Positions 40,390 through 49,578 of a stretch of DNA of 64,000 bases are shown piece after piece. Source of the stretch: Bacilli bacterium (GTDB lineage: Bacteria; Bacillota_I; Bacilli_A; RF39; UBA660). The position numbers and the translations under genes are program-made. Every line of letters begins with the position of its first letter. Within the stretch, counting starts at the first letter, position 1. The notes under the pieces are model-generated. The model made no database searches, was not told the origin of the DNA, and was given only the letters and a program-made list of their open reading frames with translations. Location: positions 1,765 to 65,764 of the forward strand of contig JAFSFI010000008.1 in assembly GCA_017435255.1 (NCBI GenBank). Direction: 5' to 3'.

Positions 40390-41370
40390 ATGTCATTCAT
40401 CAAGGTAGAACACATACGCAAAACCTTTAAGGTTGCGAAAAGAAGGAGTGGTGTTAAAGATGCTATAAAATCATTCTTTAAGAGGGACTACAAATTAGTT
40501 CAAGCTATCCAAGATGTATCTTTCTCTATTGAAAAAGGTGAAATAGTTGGATACATTGGACCTAATGGTGCTGGTAAAAGTACTACTATAAAAATTCTTA
40601 GTGGTATTTTAACTCCAGATGAGGGGAAATGTACTATTAACGGTATGACACCTTGGAAAGAAAGAGAAAAATATGTAAAAAAAATTGGCGTGGTTTTTGG
40701 ACAAAGAAGTCAATTGTGGTGGGATATTCCAAGTGAGGATACATTTGATCTGTTAAAAGATATTTATGGAATTGATGAACTTGAATATCAGAAGACAAAA
40801 GATGAGTTGATCCGCGAACTTAATTTAGAAGACATAATAACGGTGCCTGTACGCCAACTTAGTTTAGGGCAAAGAATGAGGTGTGAGATTGCAGCATCAC
40901 TTTTACATAATCCCGAAATATTATTTTTGGATGAACCAACCATTGGTCTTGATGCAGTATCTAAACAAATTCTAAGAGATTTTATTAAAAGACTAAACAA
41001 GGAGAAAAAAGTTACTGTCATCCTTACAACACATGATATGAGTGATATAGAGGCTTTAGCAGAGAGAATCATTTTGATTGGTAAAGGCCAGGTTCTATAT
41101 GACGGCTCTTTGAAAAAATTAAAAAATAAGTATGGTAATAATAAATATTTAAGTGTTACTACAAAAGAGGGATTGGAGTTAAATCACAAAGGCATAATAT
41201 CTTGCTTGAAAACTATTGATGGATATGAATTTGTAATTGATTCAAATCTTATAAATGTATCTGATTTTTTAAATATGGTATCTAAAAAAGTAGCAATTGA
41301 AGATGTGGAAATAGATAATGAAAATATTGATAATATAATAGTAAGATTATATAAGGAATATCAAATATGA
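40390..41370 (+). CDS. ABC transporter ATP-binding protein (ABC-2 type)
   Basis: Walker A GPNGAGKSTT, signature LSLGQRMR, Walker B ILFLDEPTIGLD, H-loop TTHDM. Confidence 0.9.
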   Translation: MSFIKVEHIRKTFKVAKRRSGVKDAIKSFFKRDYKLVQAIQDVSFSIEKGEIVGYIGPNGAGKSTTIKILSGILTPDEGKCTINGMTPWKEREKYVKKIGVVFGQRSQLWWDIPSEDTFDLLKDIYGIDELEYQKTKDELIRELNLEDIITVPVRQLSLGQRMRCEIAASLLHNPEILFLDEPTIGLDAVSKQILRDFIKRLNKEKKVTVILTTHDMSDIEALAERIILIGKGQVLYDGSLKKLKNKYGNNKYLSVTTKEGLELNHKGIISCLKTIDGYEFVIDSNLINVSDFLNMVSKKVAIEDVEIDNENIDNIIVRLYKEYQI

Positions 41371-42170
41371 AATTTTACTTTTCATACTTTAAATTAAGAT
41401 TTATAACTGGTCTTCAATACCGTGCTGCAGCATATGCTGGGCTTGCTACACAATTGTTTTTTGGATTAATCTTTATTATGGTTTATTTAGCATTCTATGA
41501 GTCTAGTAGTGGTAAAAACCCGATGGAAGTTAGTGAACTGGTATCATATTTATGGTTGAATCAAGCTTTCTTTTCACTTTTTTATATGTTATATAAGGAT
41601 GGTGAAATATTTGATTTAATCAAAAATGGAAATATTGCTTATGAGTTGGTTAGGCCTAAAAAACTTTACTTTATATGGTTTGCAAAGATTATTGGGCAAA
41701 GATTATCTGCTGTTACTTTAAGATGTTTTCCAGTTTTAATAATAAGCTTTTTTCTACCTAAACCATATAATATGGTACTTCCAATAGGACTTGCTAATTT
41801 CATATTATTTATACTAACTCTTATAACAGGAACTTTATTGATGACATCAATTGTTACTTTGTATCATGTAATTACAATGAAAACTTTAAATGAAAAAGGA
41901 ATCCCTCAAGTTTTTGCCGCTATTGCTGATTTGTTATCAGGATTAGTGGTGCCGATTCCGTTTTTCCCTCATTTTTTACAAGTAATATCTAATTATTTAC
42001 CTTTTAGATATGTCAATGATTTACCCTTTAGGATTTATACAGGAAATATAGGTTTACAAGAAGGTCTATTTGGATTAGGTATTCAATTATTATGGATTGT
42101 TCTAATTGTAGGAATTGGATACATTATGACTAATAAATCATTAAAAAGGGTAGTAGTACAAGGAGGATAG
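41367..42170 (+). CDS. ABC-2 family transporter permease
   Basis: ATGA overlap with the ATPase gene. About six TM segments. Order of ATPase followed by two permeases. Confidence 0.7.
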   Translation: MKFYFSYFKLRFITGLQYRAAAYAGLATQLFFGLIFIMVYLAFYESSSGKNPMEVSELVSYLWLNQAFFSLFYMLYKDGEIFDLIKNGNIAYELVRPKKLYFIWFAKIIGQRLSAVTLRCFPVLIISFFLPKPYNMVLPIGLANFILFILTLITGTLLMTSIVTLYHVITMKTLNEKGIPQVFAAIADLLSGLVVPIPFFPHFLQVISNYLPFRYVNDLPFRIYTGNIGLQEGLFGLGIQLLWIVLIVGIGYIMTNKSLKRVVVQGG

Positions 42171-42171
42171 T

Positions 42172-42948
42172 ATGAAATTATATTTAAAATCATTAAAATT
42201 ACATTTTAAGTCTATGCTGGAATACAAAATGTCTTTTATAATATCTTTCTTTTCACAAATAATTATTTTTTTCTCATTTTATTTTGTTATTTTATCTTTA
42301 TTTGACCAGTTTGATAATATAAAAGGATTTACACTTTACGAAGTATTATTATGTTTTTCTGTTATTCAATTTGGTTATTCTATTTGTGAAGTTTTTGCAA
42401 GAGGAATAGATAGGTTCGACAGGTTAATAATAAATGGTGATTTTGATAGGGTTTTGGTTAGACCACAAAACATAATATTGCAAGTATTGTGCTCTGATGC
42501 TGATTTTGTTAAAGTGTGCCGTGTTATTCAGGCATTAATAATCATGGTAATATCGCTTGTTAATTTAAATATAAATTGGACTATATATAGAGTTATATGT
42601 CTTTTATTAATGATGATTAGTTCAATTGCAATTTTCTTTGGGATATTTTTACTTGCAGCTTCTTACTGCTTTATAACGGTTCAAGGTTTGGAAGTAAGAA
42701 ATGTTTTTACAGATGGTGGTAAGCATATGGCTCAATATCCAATTGGAGTTTTTAAGAAAGGTTTTGTACTATTCTTTACATTTATAATTCCATATGCATT
42801 CGTAAATTATTATCCATTATTATATTTTATAGGTAAAAGCAATAATATATTATATGCTTTCTCTCCTTTAATTGTATTTGTATATCTAGTTCCATGTTTC
42901 ATAGTTTTTCATCAAGGTACTAAAAGGTATGCTAGTGTTGGATCATAA
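42172..42948 (+). CDS. ABC-2 family transporter permease
   Basis: Starts 1 nt after the upstream stop. About six TM segments. Confidence 0.7.
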   Translation: MKLYLKSLKLHFKSMLEYKMSFIISFFSQIIIFFSFYFVILSLFDQFDNIKGFTLYEVLLCFSVIQFGYSICEVFARGIDRFDRLIINGDFDRVLVRPQNIILQVLCSDADFVKVCRVIQALIIMVISLVNLNINWTIYRVICLLLMMISSIAIFFGIFLLAASYCFITVQGLEVRNVFTDGGKHMAQYPIGVFKKGFVLFFTFIIPYAFVNYYPLLYFIGKSNNILYAFSPLIVFVYLVPCFIVFHQGTKRYASVGS

Positions 42949-43029
42949 TATGAAAATGAGAAAGATTATAATTATAATAAAAACTTTACAAAAATTCCTT
43001 TTGTGTTATAATTAATTGTGAAATGCAGT

Positions 43030-43225
43030 GAATAGGACACGATTATTAAATAATTTAAATAGAGAGCTATTGTTTGGTGGAAAATAGTTAATAGTTTAAT
43101 AATTACTACCTAGGAGCAGAACTCGAAAGATGTTTCCGGATAAAACCGTTATTTATTAATTAAGTTAAACCAAGGATGGTACCGTGTAATTCACTCCTGC
43201 TATATTAGCAGGAGTTTTTATTTTT
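43030..43225 (+). promoter_or_regulatory. T-box leader (threonine specifier) controlling thrS
   Basis: AGAGAG and GGTGGAAA Stem-I elements. Thr codons ACU/ACC at 43115-43120 in the specifier region. T-box sequence AAACCAAGGATGGTACCGTG (43167-86). Terminator ACTCCTGC-TATATTA-GCAGGAGT followed by Ts. Confidence 0.85.
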
Positions 43226-43238
43226 ATAGGAGGTAATT

Positions 43239-44978
43239 ATGATTAATATTAAAGAAAATGAAAAACTAAGTGTTATGAATCACTCTTGTGCCCATCTTTT
43301 AGCGCAAGCAGTAAAGCATTTATATCCAAAAGCATTATTTTGGGTAGGACCAGTTATTGAAGAAGGTTTTTACTATGATATTGATTTAGGAGAAGATGTA
43401 ATTAAAGAAGAAGATTTAGCAAAAATAGAAAAAGAAATGAAAAAGATTGCTAAAGATGGTAAAAGAATTGTAAGAGAAGAAATCTCTAAGGAAGAAGCAT
43501 TAAAAAGATTTAGTGATGATCCGTATAAAATAGACTTGATTTCTAGAATGGATGAAGATGATACTGTTATTTCTTGTTATACTCAAGGTGATTTTACTGA
43601 TCTTTGCCGTGGACCACATGTTGATTCTGTTAAAGAATTAAAGCATTTTAAACTATTAAAATTTAGTGGTGCTTATTGGAAGGGTGACGCTAAAAACAAA
43701 ATGTTACAAAGAATATATGGTATTTGTTTTGAAAACGAAGAAGATTTAAATAAACATTTAGAGTTTTTAGAAGAAGCAAAAAGAAGAGACCATAAAAAGT
43801 TAGGAAAAGAATTAGATTTATTTATGATGAGCGAATATGGCCCTGGATTTCCTTTCTTCTTAAACAAAGGAATGATTCTTAGAAATGAATTAGAAAATTT
43901 TTGGTATAGAGAACATACTAAAGAGGGATATGAGTTCATAAAAACTCCAATCATGTTAAATAAGGAATTGTGGGAGTTATCAGGACATTGGTATAACTAT
44001 AGAGAAAATATGTATACAAGTGAAATTGATGAAAGAACTTTTGCAGTTAAGCCAATGAATTGTCCGGGTGGAATGTTGGTTTATAAAAATTCGTTACATT
44101 CATATAAAGATTTACCACTAAGAATTGGTGAATTAGGGCAAGTTCATAGACATGAAGCAAGCGGAGCATTAAATGGTTTGTTTAGGGTTAGAACGTTCAC
44201 TCAAGATGATGCTCATATTTTTATGAGAGAAGATCAAATCGAAGAAGAAGTAATTAATTTAATTAGTTTTATTGACAGGATGTATTCTATTTTTGGACTT
44301 ACATATGATATCGAATTATCAACAAGACCTGAAGAAAAATATATTGGTGATATAGAGATATGGAATAAATCAGAGAAAGCTTTAGAAGATGCTTGTCATA
44401 AAGCTGGTCATGATTGCAAAATTAATCCTGGGGATGGGGCTTTTTATGGGCCAAAGCTTGATTTCCATATTAAAGATTCTTTAGGTAGAGTTTGGCAATG
44501 TGGTACAATTCAATTAGATATGAATCTACCAGAAAGATTTGATTTAACATACATTGATAGTGATGGAAGCAAAAAAAGACCAGTTATGTTACATAGGGTA
44601 ATCTATGGTTCTATAGAAAGATTTATTGGTATATTAATTGAACATTATGCTGGTGCTTTCCCATTTTGGTTAGCTCCAACACAATTAGTAGTAATTCCTG
44701 TTAACCCAGAAATTCATGGTGAATATGCTAAAGAATTAACAGAAAAACTAAAAGAATTAAATATTAGAGTAGAATTAGATGATAGAAATGAAAAACTAGG
44801 ATATCGCATGAGAGAAGCTCAAACTAGTAAGATTCCATATTCTATAATTATTGGTGATAAAGAAATGGAAGAACATTCAATAAGCTACCGTAAATTTGGT
44901 GAACAAGGTACTACTACTGTTAGTGAAGAAGAGTTTATCAACTTTGTAACTGATAAAATAAATAATAAAACACTTTAA
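43239..44978 (+). CDS. thrS: Threonine--tRNA ligase lacking the N-terminal TGS domain
   Basis: Begins at the editing-domain motif HSCAHLLAQAVKHLYP. Class II core FRVRTFTQDDAHIF and CGTIQLD. Anticodon-binding domain present. 579 aa, against about 640 aa for typical bacterial ThrRS. Confidence 0.95.
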   Translation: MINIKENEKLSVMNHSCAHLLAQAVKHLYPKALFWVGPVIEEGFYYDIDLGEDVIKEEDLAKIEKEMKKIAKDGKRIVREEISKEEALKRFSDDPYKIDLISRMDEDDTVISCYTQGDFTDLCRGPHVDSVKELKHFKLLKFSGAYWKGDAKNKMLQRIYGICFENEEDLNKHLEFLEEAKRRDHKKLGKELDLFMMSEYGPGFPFFLNKGMILRNELENFWYREHTKEGYEFIKTPIMLNKELWELSGHWYNYRENMYTSEIDERTFAVKPMNCPGGMLVYKNSLHSYKDLPLRIGELGQVHRHEASGALNGLFRVRTFTQDDAHIFMREDQIEEEVINLISFIDRMYSIFGLTYDIELSTRPEEKYIGDIEIWNKSEKALEDACHKAGHDCKINPGDGAFYGPKLDFHIKDSLGRVWQCGTIQLDMNLPERFDLTYIDSDGSKKRPVMLHRVIYGSIERFIGILIEHYAGAFPFWLAPTQLVVIPVNPEIHGEYAKELTEKLKELNIRVELDDRNEKLGYRMREAQTSKIPYSIIIGDKEMEEHSISYRKFGEQGTTTVSEEEFINFVTDKINNKTL

Positions 44979-44999
44979 GCAATCATTTGATTGCTTTTT
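44977..44999 (+). terminator. Rho-independent terminator after thrS
   Basis: AAGCAATC-ATTT-GATTGCTT hairpin followed by Ts. Confidence 0.75.
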
Positions 45000-45013
45000 A
45001 TAATAGAAAAAAC

Positions 45014-45042
45014 TTGCAATATTTATTACTTGTGATTATAAT
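45014..45042 (+). promoter_or_regulatory. Near-consensus sigma-A promoter
   Basis: TTGCAA, 17-nt spacer, TATAAT, with an A-rich UP-like tract upstream. Confidence 0.6.
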
Positions 45043-45055
45043 AGGTGCTATTGAA

Positions 45056-45099
45056 AGCGCTAGTACAGGTTTTTAATAATTTTGTACTGCGCTTTTTTT
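45056..45099 (+). terminator. Terminator-like hairpin about 10 nt downstream of the predicted TSS (attenuator or end of a ~50-nt sRNA)
   Basis: AGCGCTAGTACA...TGTACTGCGCT (11-bp stem with one bulge) followed by T7. Lies about 90 nt upstream of the 45190 start codon. Confidence 0.5.
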
Positions 45100-45189
45100 G
45101 TGTAAAGTAAGTGTCTAATTTGTTGTAATAAGCAAACCAAAAAGTTATAATTGTATTAGAGCATAGTACTTAAGATAGGGGGAAATGTT

Positions 45190-47124
45190 ATGAAAAAATT
45201 AAAATTTGATGAACAAAATATTGGAAGACTTGATGGTCAAGTTAGGGTAAAAAGACATGGAAAGAAAGAATTAACTGGGTATGCGACAATTGATAAGCCA
45301 TGGATGAAGTGGTATGAATATGAAGAAATGCCTATTACAACAGGAGTTAATGCGTATGATAATTTTCTTCATGAGACTAGGAATTTCGATTTTCCATTAT
45401 TAGAATATTATGGAAAGAAGTATACTCGTAAAGATATTGAAAGAGAAGTAGAAGATAAGATTAAGAAGCTAACTACTATGGGAGTAAAACAAGGAGATAT
45501 GGTTTCATTTGTATTTTTAAATGTTCCTGAAGCTATATTCTTTTGGTTTGCATTATCCAAAATGGGAGCAACAGCGAATTTAATTAAGTTTGATGAAAGT
45601 CCAGAGCGAATTAAAACAATGTGTGAATTAGCTAATTCTAAATATTTGTTTGTTTCAGAAGTGCCATTTATTGTTGATAATGTTATTAAAAGTTGTGAAT
45701 TAGGCCTTTGGGATACAGTAGATCAGATTATTACTGTTCCAGTAACAGAATCTATGCCTAAAGTAGCAGTTTTAAATATGCTTTATGAGGATAGCAAAAA
45801 AGTAGAATTTAAAGAAAAATCACCGTTCGCTACATTAAAAGCAATGAAGAAAGTATATAGTGATACCATGCGAGCTCAACAAGAGTTAAAAGCAAAATTA
45901 GAAACATATGATATGTTTATGACTTATGAGGATTGGAAAGATATATATAATGGTAAAAGTATGAATACTATTATTGGGGGAGGACAAAATCCTAGTGTTA
46001 TCATGTATACAGGTGGTACTACGGGAGGTGCTAAAGGTGTAGTAACAACTAATGATGCATTTAGTGCTAGTGCCCATATTTTTAAAACTAGTGAAATGGA
46101 GTTTTATCCAGGTAAAACATCTATGAGCATATTACCACCAGCAGTATCTTACTATTTTAATGCAACATATTGTTTAATGTGTTGTGGAGTATCAGTTAAT
46201 TTAATATCTAAGTTTGATATTAACGAATATCCAGAATTAATTAAGAAAACGAGACCTAATGTTTATATGGCTGGTCCAATATTATTTAAAGCTATTAGAG
46301 AATCTGACATCGAAGATTTATCTTTTGCAACAGATCCTATTTCAGGTGGTGATAAACTTCACACTGAAGAGGAATATTTATATCATGATTTCTGTAATGA
46401 AAAAGGCTGTGATACATGGATTAAACAAGGTTATGGTATGACTGAGACCATGGCAGGTGTTGTGTATTCAATCAAGCCAGCATTAAAGGTTGGAAGTATT
46501 GGTATACCTTTAAAACATTGTGATGTAGCAATATTCGAATATGGTACAGATGAAGAGAAGAAGTATGGAGAAATAGGTGAAATTTGTGTTTCTGGACCTA
46601 CTATTATGAAAGAATATTTAAATAATCCTGAAGCTACTGCAGATATGCTTAGAGTTCATTCTGATGGTAAAGTTTGGTGCCACACAGATGACTTGGGTTA
46701 TATGGATGAAGAAGGAAGAATTTATCACCAGGGAAGAGCTAAGAGAATGATTACTAGAAACGGTGGTAAGATTTGGCTTGGAACATTGGAAGATGCAATT
46801 AAATCTCATCCATTAATTGATAATTGTTGTTGTGTTAAACTAAATGATGAAGAAGAGCGTGAAGTTCCTGTGGCACATGTAGTATTTAAAAATGATGATG
46901 TAGATAGTAGTGTTTATGATGAAATCGATGCTATTGTTAGACAAAATTGCCCAGAAATTTATGTACCTAAATACTATGTAAAACGTGATGAAATACCGGT
47001 TACTCAAGTTAACAAAAAGATAGATTTTAAAACTTTGGAAAATGAGAATATAATGGATCCTAACAACTATAGTATAAATGGTAGGGTAATTACTAAGAAA
47101 AATAAAGTAAAGAAATTAAGTTAA
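45190..47124 (+). CDS. AMP-dependent synthetase/ligase (acyl-CoA synthetase family)
   Basis: AMP-binding motif YTGGTTGGAKGV, then GYGMTE, and HTDDLGYMDEEGRIYHQGR. The substrate cannot be inferred. Confidence 0.8.
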   Translation: MKKLKFDEQNIGRLDGQVRVKRHGKKELTGYATIDKPWMKWYEYEEMPITTGVNAYDNFLHETRNFDFPLLEYYGKKYTRKDIEREVEDKIKKLTTMGVKQGDMVSFVFLNVPEAIFFWFALSKMGATANLIKFDESPERIKTMCELANSKYLFVSEVPFIVDNVIKSCELGLWDTVDQIITVPVTESMPKVAVLNMLYEDSKKVEFKEKSPFATLKAMKKVYSDTMRAQQELKAKLETYDMFMTYEDWKDIYNGKSMNTIIGGGQNPSVIMYTGGTTGGAKGVVTTNDAFSASAHIFKTSEMEFYPGKTSMSILPPAVSYYFNATYCLMCCGVSVNLISKFDINEYPELIKKTRPNVYMAGPILFKAIRESDIEDLSFATDPISGGDKLHTEEEYLYHDFCNEKGCDTWIKQGYGMTETMAGVVYSIKPALKVGSIGIPLKHCDVAIFEYGTDEEKKYGEIGEICVSGPTIMKEYLNNPEATADMLRVHSDGKVWCHTDDLGYMDEEGRIYHQGRAKRMITRNGGKIWLGTLEDAIKSHPLIDNCCCVKLNDEEEREVPVAHVVFKNDDVDSSVYDEIDAIVRQNCPEIYVPKYYVKRDEIPVTQVNKKIDFKTLENENIMDPNNYSINGRVITKKNKVKKLS

Positions 47125-47128
47125 TGTT

Positions 47129-47157
47129 AAAGATGATTTAAAATCATCTTTTTTTTA
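47129..47157 (+). terminator. Rho-independent terminator
   Basis: AAAGATGATT-TAAA-ATCATCTTT hairpin followed by T8. Confidence 0.8.
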
Positions 47158-47195
47158 GTGATATATGTGTTATAATTAATAATAGAGGTGAGGCT

Positions 47196-48995
47196 ATGCT
47201 AAGTATATCTTATACAATTATGTCTTTTATAGTTTGTTTAATATTAATGTTTGTATATTTTACAAAAGAAAGAATAAATTATGTAGAGAACAAAATTTAT
47301 TCATTTATTGTAATATCATCATTTTTAAGCTGTTTGTTAGAAATTATTAATTTCGGTTTAGTACAAAATGGTATTAAAGCAACCGACCCGTTGTATTCGT
47401 TTACATTAAAAATGCTTTTTACTGGTTTCTTATCTTGGATATATTCGTTTACTATGTATACAATTATTACCGGTAGAAAACAAAGAGGGGTATTCAACGA
47501 ACAAGGTTTATCAATAAAAAGAATGAGTCTTATATTTGCTTTAGTTGTTGCAATAATTTTATTTTTACCGATAGAAATCTTGGAAACTAATGGATTATTA
47601 TTGCCGGTAGGATTAAGTGTAAATTTGATTTATATTTTAGCTGGAGCTTGTATAGTTGCCATGGTTATTTCTATTATTTTAAATAGGAAGAACCTAAAAA
47701 GTAAAAAGTATATTCCGTTGTATTTAGTCATTGTATTTTTTACGATAATCGTAATTGCGCAAAAGATATTTCCAGAGTTGTTTTTAGTAAATAGTGGTTT
47801 TGCAATAGTAGCGTTCTGTATGTATTTTACTATTGAAAATCCTGATATAAAGATGGTAGAAGAATTAATTGAAAATAGAAAAATTATCGAGCGAGCAGGA
47901 GAAGAAAAATCAGTGTTTTTATTTAAAATATCTCAAGGGTTAAGAGAGCCTGTTCAAAATATTAATAAACAAATTGGTATGTATAAATCTAGTAAGATGA
48001 CTAAACAGGATATAGATTTTGTGGTCGAATCAATTGATAAAAATAATCAAAAAATTAATTATTTAATAAATGAAGTTCTTGGAATATCTTCTTTTGATAA
48101 TATTAATCTTAAAAAAGTAGAAAACACATACAATATCTATTCTCTTTTAGAAGATGTTAAAAAACGTGGTAAATCGTATATAAAAAATGATGTTGGATAT
48201 AATTTTTCGGTAGCCAAAAGCATGCCAAAAGAACTATACGGGGATTCTATTAAATTAAAGCAAGTAATAATGTCTGTTTTAGTTAACGCAATTAAAAATA
48301 CTACTGAAGGATTTGTAGAAGTTGAAGTTAATTCTTTTACCAAGTATGATGTTTGCAGAATAATGTTAACTATAGAGGACTCAGGTTGTGGGACAGATAT
48401 AAAGGTAATTAATAATATTATGGACCAAGATTTAGAATTAACTGAAAAAGATTACCTAAAGACGGAAAAACTGGATGTTGATTTACCTTTAGCATATAAA
48501 ATAATTAAGTCTTTAGGTGGAACCATGTATATTAAAGCAGGAGATATTAAAGGGACTGAGGTTACTATTACTTTAGACCAACATATTGTTAAAAATGAAG
48601 AAATGAGTTTAACTGAAAAAGTTGATTCATATATTAAAACAAGAAGAAACACTAAAAAAGTATTAATTGTTGATGATGATGAAGAAGAAATAAGAAAAAT
48701 TAAACATGCATTAGAAAGAAAAAATTATGATGTAGTTATATCTATGTTTGGTGCTGATGCGATTGATAGGGTCAAAAATAAAGAGAAGTACGATATTATT
48801 CTTATTGATGATGAAATGCCTTTAATGAATGGAATAAATGTTGTACAAGAAATTAATAAATTAAAAAACAAAAGTAAAGAAATTGTTTTGTTAAATAAAG
48901 ATAAATTATTTATAGCTAAACATTACTTAAAAGACGGATTTGATGATTATATTGATAAAACTAATTTGATAGAAGAAATCAATAAAAAATTCTAG
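47196..48995 (+). CDS. Membrane hybrid sensor kinase/receiver protein with a degenerate H-box (His replaced by Gln)
   Basis: About seven TM segments. The H-box position reads FLFKISQGLREPV, against the consensus SHELRTP. N-box VLVNAIKNT, G1 IEDSGCG, and a C-terminal receiver (VLIVDDDEEE...IILIDDEMPLMNG). Confidence 0.7.
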   Translation: MLSISYTIMSFIVCLILMFVYFTKERINYVENKIYSFIVISSFLSCLLEIINFGLVQNGIKATDPLYSFTLKMLFTGFLSWIYSFTMYTIITGRKQRGVFNEQGLSIKRMSLIFALVVAIILFLPIEILETNGLLLPVGLSVNLIYILAGACIVAMVISIILNRKNLKSKKYIPLYLVIVFFTIIVIAQKIFPELFLVNSGFAIVAFCMYFTIENPDIKMVEELIENRKIIERAGEEKSVFLFKISQGLREPVQNINKQIGMYKSSKMTKQDIDFVVESIDKNNQKINYLINEVLGISSFDNINLKKVENTYNIYSLLEDVKKRGKSYIKNDVGYNFSVAKSMPKELYGDSIKLKQVIMSVLVNAIKNTTEGFVEVEVNSFTKYDVCRIMLTIEDSGCGTDIKVINNIMDQDLELTEKDYLKTEKLDVDLPLAYKIIKSLGGTMYIKAGDIKGTEVTITLDQHIVKNEEMSLTEKVDSYIKTRRNTKKVLIVDDDEEEIRKIKHALERKNYDVVISMFGADAIDRVKNKEKYDIILIDDEMPLMNGINVVQEINKLKNKSKEIVLLNKDKLFIAKHYLKDGFDDYIDKTNLIEEINKKF

Positions 48996-49099
48996 TAAAA
49001 TAAAAGAATGTCAAATTGACATTCTTTTTTTGTTTTTTAAACGAAATAAAATTTAAACTATTTACAAAGCGGGTAATAAATAGTAGTATAATAGTAGCA

Positions 49100-49123
49100 G
49101 TGGTTGATTGTGGTGAAAAGTGG
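49100..49123 (+). promoter_or_regulatory. Putative MraZ operator: three GTGG direct repeats at 10-nt spacing
   Basis: GTGG at 49100, 49110 and 49120 (aGTGGttgattGTGGtgaaaaGTGGggg), immediately upstream of the mraZ start. MraZ is known to bind phased GTG-containing direct repeats in mra promoters. Confidence 0.5.
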
Positions 49124-49132
49124 GGGATTTTT

Positions 49133-49576
49133 ATGTTGATAGGTGAGTATCATCATAATATTGATGAAAAGGGACGTATTATCTTGCCTGCTAAATTCCG
49201 TGAGGATTTAGGGGAAGAGTTTTTTGTTACACGTGGTCTTGAAGAGTGCCTATTTGTCTATCCGAAAACAGAATGGGACAAAATCACTAGAAAACTAAAA
49301 AGTCTACCTTTCACGAAGAAGGACGCTCGTAGTTTTACGAGATTCTTCCTATCAGGCGCTACTGCAACAGTATTTGACAAACAAGGTCGAATCAATATTA
49401 CCTCTCCATTGATTTCCTACGCTGACTTAAAAAAAGAATGTGTAATAGTTGGCGTGGGGGATCGACTTGAAATTTGGGATAAAGGTAAATGGGATGATTT
49501 TTATAATAGCAACAAAGAAGAAATGTCAAATATTGCTGAAGATTTATTTGATTCAAATTGGGAGTCGGGTGAATAA
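49133..49576 (+). CDS. mraZ: Transcriptional regulator MraZ
   Basis: [23 protein letters not shown] and the second DxxxR-type repeat [13 protein letters not shown]. The ORF-track upstream extension to 49016 is not credible. Confidence 0.92.
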   Translation: MLIGEYHHNIDEKGRIILPAKFREDLGEEFFVTRGLEECLFVYPKTEWDKITRKLKSLPFTKKDARSFTRFFLSGATATVFDKQGRINITSPLISYADLKKECVIVGVGDRLEIWDKGKWDDFYNSNKEEMSNIAEDLFDSNWESGE

Positions 49577-49578
49577 TT

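Noticed and set aside
49016-49132. ORF-track 5' extension of mraZ ([13 protein letters not shown]...).
   Set aside because: The extension begins inside the upstream terminator and promoter region and covers the GTGG operator boxes. Conserved MraZ starts at MLIGEYHH (49133).
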